From an uncultured Chloroflexia bacterium (GTDB lineage: Bacteria; Chloroflexota; Anaerolineae; Anaerolineales; Anaerolineaceae), in the NCBI GenBank assembly GCA_963828285.1, contig CAWHEB010000002.1, positions 376,297-440,296 of the forward strand: a stretch of DNA of 64,000 bases, given 5' to 3'. Position numbers and translations under genes: made by a program. The notes under the pieces are model-generated. The model saw nothing but the letters and a program-made list of their open reading frames with translations. It had not been told where the DNA came from and made no database searches. This document shows positions 60,638 to 64,000 of this stretch, piece after piece (the stretch's first letter is position 1; each line of letters begins with the position of its first letter).

Positions 60638-61444
60638 ATGTGGAATTGGATTAAGCAATTATTCTCAAAACAACCTATTAATACCAAAGAACCGGATGAA
60701 CCAGCAGTAGGGAATTCCCGGTCATTGATCAACAGGCAGACCTCCGACGTGGAAGTAAACCCAAAGCCGGTCATCATCACTACCCAAAAAGATCTGGATA
60801 CGGGATCTACGGACACCACTGTTGTGAATCGAAAGTTTCTGGATCAAAAAGAAGCTCAAGCATATATAACCAAGGTCAAATCGAAACTGGCTTCCCTTGC
60901 AGATCGTTTCTCAAGGGGAGATATCAACCGGACCCAGTTTCAAGAGTTGTATGGTCATTACCAATCCGAAATTCTAAACATCGAATTGAGTCTCGCAGCA
61001 GACCCGGGTGGTGAGCAATGGAAAAAAGGAATTAAAGAAGGGCAATCCATGCTGCTTCGGCACCGACTGACCGCACAGGCAATTGGATTCGCTATATACG
61101 ATATTCAAACAGGTATGCCATTAAAAAGCCTGGGGAACTTCCGGGTGGATCCGGCATTATTTGTGCCCATGTTGTCCGCCTATCAGTCTGCAACCACTGA
61201 GATCTTCGGCGGGGGAATCCGTTCGACTGAAATAGAAACCGGACGGTGGTTGTGTTTCATCCCAGGTAAGCGCACTACAACATTAGCGCTCTTTACCATG
61301 GAACCTGCCAGCCGGCAGCTTCGAGTACTCGAAGAATTGCAGTCCATTTTCGAAGATGCAAACGCCAAGCATCTGCAAACTTCGATCATCGATGCAGATG
61401 CGCTTGTCTGTCCACACGAATACTACCTTAAGCACCTGATATAA
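60638..61444 (+). CDS. Roadblock/LC7 (MglB-like) domain protein with ~130-aa N-terminal extension
   Basis: C-terminal half ..AIGFAIYDIQTGMPLKSLG..SAYQSATTEIFGG..ETGRWLCFIPGKRTTTLALFTM.. resembles Roadblock/LC7. 10-nt gap to the GTPase gene. Confidence 0.5.
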   Translation: MWNWIKQLFSKQPINTKEPDEPAVGNSRSLINRQTSDVEVNPKPVIITTQKDLDTGSTDTTVVNRKFLDQKEAQAYITKVKSKLASLADRFSRGDINRTQFQELYGHYQSEILNIELSLAADPGGEQWKKGIKEGQSMLLRHRLTAQAIGFAIYDIQTGMPLKSLGNFRVDPALFVPMLSAYQSATTEIFGGGIRSTEIETGRWLCFIPGKRTTTLALFTMEPASRQLRVLEELQSIFEDANAKHLQTSIIDADALVCPHEYYLKHLI

Positions 61445-61453
61445 TCAGGCGGT

Positions 61454-61960
61454 ATGAGTGATATCCCATTATACAAAGTGATCATCGCCGGCGATGGTGC
61501 GGTTGGTAAAACCTCGCTTGTTCGCCAGTATTGTGAAGGGAAATTTGATACTTCCAGGGTGATGACCATTGGGGTGGACTTTCAAACTCACGTTGTGGAT
61601 CTTCCCGAAGGCAAAGTCAAATTATCCATTTGGGATATGGCAGGTCAGGATAGATTCGCTGTTGTCCGAACCAGTTTCTATCGGGGTGCAAGGGCATGTG
61701 CCCTGGTATATGACCTTACTGTGGAAGATAGTCTGGAGCATGTATCCCGATGGTATCTGGAGATCCATGAAGTCCTACCGGATGTACCTTTTTTACTTAT
61801 AGGCAACAAGCTCGACCTTGTCTCGGACCCAGATATAACTATCGCCAGAAAATTTGCTGAAATCATTCATGCTCCATTGATCTTAACCAGTGCGGCAACC
61901 GGTATTGGTGTTCCTGAAATGTTTGAACACCTTGCACGTCTTCCCCATAAAATCTCTTAA
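61454..61960 (+). CDS. Ras/Rab-like small GTPase
   Basis: G1 GDGAVGKTS, G2 TIGVDF, G3 WDMAGQDRF, G4 GNKLD, G5 TSAATG. Confidence 0.8.
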   Translation: MSDIPLYKVIIAGDGAVGKTSLVRQYCEGKFDTSRVMTIGVDFQTHVVDLPEGKVKLSIWDMAGQDRFAVVRTSFYRGARACALVYDLTVEDSLEHVSRWYLEIHEVLPDVPFLLIGNKLDLVSDPDITIARKFAEIIHAPLILTSAATGIGVPEMFEHLARLPHKIS

Positions 61961-62254
61961 TAACCAAAATAGTTAAATGTCATATGAATCAAGGGATCCC
62001 TATTTGGGAATCATATTGTATTAATCCATTGAATCAAACATTTATGCAAATATTACGGTGGTTACCACTAAAGGTATATGTAGTATTTACGATAATAGAA
62101 ACTGATACCAAAATCTTATTCAGGTAATTCATTAATGGAGGTTGATATTAGTAAAAGGTATCCTGCGAAATATTCTTTCATCAAACAAATTCACCAGGTG
62201 ACCATGGCTTAGGTCTGGTGAATCAGTGAATAGTAAGCCGTCAATTTAGTAAGC

Positions 62255-62302
62255 CAAAAATAGGGGAAGGATCCCCGCCAAACACAAACATGGAGGTTTG
62301 AA
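62255..62302 (+). promoter_or_regulatory. Flagellin 5'UTR with CsrA-type sites (GGA in hairpin loop plus GGA in SD)
   Basis: GGGGAAGGATCCCC hairpin 26 nt upstream of SD GGAGG. The entire 56-nt block is identical upstream of the second flagellin gene (63905..63956). Confidence 0.4.
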
Positions 62303-63556
62303 ATGGCTGATAATGATGTAACTCGAATTGCAGGTAATATTGGCGCTATGAACGCGCTGAATGCTCTGACCGTGATCAACAAACAACTTTCGGTCCATCA
62401 GAGCCGCCTGGCGACAGGCAAACGCATCAACTCCGCAGCTGATGATCCCGCCGGTCTGACAATCGCTACCAAAATGTTAGCCCGCTCCGAAGGTTTGAAA
62501 GTCGCCCTCGGTAACATCGCTGATGCCAAGAACTTGCTGTCCGTTGCCGAATCTGGCTTGGGCCGGATCAACGACATCCTGGTTCAGATGCGTAACAAAG
62601 CGGAAGCCGGCGCTTCGGATACCATGGGTACTTCTGAACGAAAAGCCCTGGTCGACCAGATGCAGGCTTATTCAAAACAAATTGATGATGTCGTTGGCCA
62701 GACCAAATGGACCAGCGGAACCGCTGGAAGCAGCTTGATCGATGGTACTTACTTAAGCACCGCCCTCACCTTCCAGACCGGTGTTGATCAGGGTAACACC
62801 ACCACCCTCAACGGTTTGGCTGATATGCGCGCCAGCAACGGTGCCGGCTCACTCGATATCGCCCAGTCCGTCGCCGCAGCCCGCTCCACCGCCAATAACA
62901 GTGGCGCTGTCGTTTCTTCAATGGCACACGCAGCATGCAATAGTAATCTTACCGAATTGTCTTCCGGAACTTACCGTGTAGCTGTTGATTACGGTGCCGA
63001 TGGTACGACCGCACAGGTTCAACTCTTCGCCCTTGGCTCCAGCTCCCCGTTGTTCATCGACTCCGATAACAACTTCACTACTGAACCCATCAATACTTCC
63101 GTCACCGTCAACCTCAGTGGTGGCAATGTCTCAGTTGACTTTGGGAATGGCTTGATCGCGACCGTAGCCCAGGGAGTCACTGGCACCGCATCCGGTACTG
63201 TGGATTATTCCAAGAGTGGTGGAACCTACGAACTGAAATCAAGCGTTGGCGTCATCACTGAGAACTCCTCAGCCGCTGACTTCGCCACCTACATGAATGA
63301 CATCAGCAACAAGCTCGATGTTGTCTCCCGCCAATTGGCCCAGATCGGCTCCATGAACGGTCGCTTAACCTTCAAAGAAGATCAGATCTCTGAATCTCAG
63401 ATCAACGTCGAAGGCGCTTACAACCGTATCATGAACGCCAACATGGCCGAAGAACAGGTGAACGCTTCCAAGTTCCTCATCCTGCAGCAGACCGCTACCG
63501 CGATGTTAGCTCAGGCCAATGCCGCACCCCAGTTCCTCCTATCCCTCTTCAGATAG
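62303..63556 (+). CDS. fliC: Flagellin
   Basis: N-terminal D0/D1 (..QSRLATGKRINSAADDPAGLTIATKM..). C-terminal D1/D0 (..GSMNGRLTFKEDQISESQINVEGAYNRIMNANMAEEQVNASKFLILQQTATAMLAQANAAPQ..). Confidence 0.9.
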   Translation: MADNDVTRIAGNIGAMNALNALTVINKQLSVHQSRLATGKRINSAADDPAGLTIATKMLARSEGLKVALGNIADAKNLLSVAESGLGRINDILVQMRNKAEAGASDTMGTSERKALVDQMQAYSKQIDDVVGQTKWTSGTAGSSLIDGTYLSTALTFQTGVDQGNTTTLNGLADMRASNGAGSLDIAQSVAAARSTANNSGAVVSSMAHAACNSNLTELSSGTYRVAVDYGADGTTAQVQLFALGSSSPLFIDSDNNFTTEPINTSVTVNLSGGNVSVDFGNGLIATVAQGVTGTASGTVDYSKSGGTYELKSSVGVITENSSAADFATYMNDISNKLDVVSRQLAQIGSMNGRLTFKEDQISESQINVEGAYNRIMNANMAEEQVNASKFLILQQTATAMLAQANAAPQFLLSLFR

Positions 63557-63956
63557 GCTAACGACTCAAGAAATATAGATATCAAATTGTAACGAAGATG
63601 AGGGCGCTCAATACAAGCGCCCTCATTGATTCTTTCCCCAAGTAATTGTGAGCAACCTGACAACTTTCACATATCATCTCTTTTATCTTTACGTGATATT
63701 AATGACATTCATCCCTAAAGAGTCTGGCTGCTCTTACGATAATAGAACTAGATATCAAAGATCCATTGCAAAACAATTTAAGAGGAGGCTGATATCGCAG
63801 AATAACTAAATGAATATCGGAAGTTCACCATCGTGCGGCAGCGCCAGGTGACCACAGGCTTAAGGTCTGGCGCGCTGAGAAATGATAAGCCAAAGATGTT
63901 ATCAAAGAACCAAATAGGGGAAGGATCCCCGCCAAACACAAACATGGAGGTTTGAA

Positions 63957-64000
63957 ATGGCTGATAATGATGTAACTCGAATTGCAGGTAATATTGGCGC
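63957..64000 (+). CDS. Second flagellin gene (5' end only; continues beyond window)
   Basis: Identical N-terminus MADNDVTRIAGNIGA and identical 5'UTR. Confidence 0.8.
   Translation, partial: MADNDVTRIAGNIG

Noticed and set aside
1-64000. Scan for tRNA/rRNA genes and tRNA-Sec
   Set aside because: No region showed the GTTCGAATC-type T-loop flanked by a GC-rich acceptor stem, and no rRNA-like conserved blocks. None called.

Overview
This 64 kb window reads as a chromosomal segment from an anaerobe. The first ~30 kb looks accessory and the last ~20 kb looks core. The ZAS anti-sigma factor, F420-type nitroreductase, T-box leader, LAL regulators, hgcAB and Sec machinery are all compatible with Chloroflexota (Anaerolineae-like); that assignment is an inference from gene content, not shown.

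The most interesting item is a predicted selenoprotein at 46099..46800 (minus strand). It is a two-domain glutaredoxin/PDO-like oxidoreductase whose second CxxC motif is UGA-P-Y-C, with a SECIS-like hairpin 11 nt downstream. It sits in an ECF-sigma / ZAS anti-sigma / OsmC operon. selA lies 4 kb away and serS 1 kb away.

The window also carries an arsR-hgcA-hgcB mercury-methylation cassette at 24088..25670. hgcA shows two apparent 1-nt insertions.

Other features worth a second look:
- The hgcAB cassette lies between copies of a novel GC-rich hairpin repeat family, next to metal-transporter genes: a broken CDF and an EamA permease with a His-rich tail.
- A large partially duplicated cassette (LAL/MalT-type LuxR regulator, ~85-aa conserved small protein, DUF4386 membrane proteins, CPBP proteases, MDR oxidoreductase) appears at 1..5104 and again at 11287..18885. 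A conserved palindrome TCACAT..ATGTGA-GATGACG lies upstream of the small-protein gene in both copies.
- At least 12 apparent single-base frameshifts, mostly +1, are clustered in a few genes.
- A Ras-like small GTPase is paired with a Roadblock-domain protein.
- Tandem flagellin genes have a conserved CsrA-type 5'UTR.

Core genes present: serS with a T-box leader, tsaD, selA, fhs, a dinG-exonuclease fusion, an ECF transporter operon, a flotillin, a GH10 xylanase, a sortase, and M1/M24 peptidases. No rRNA, tRNA or CRISPR array was recognised.
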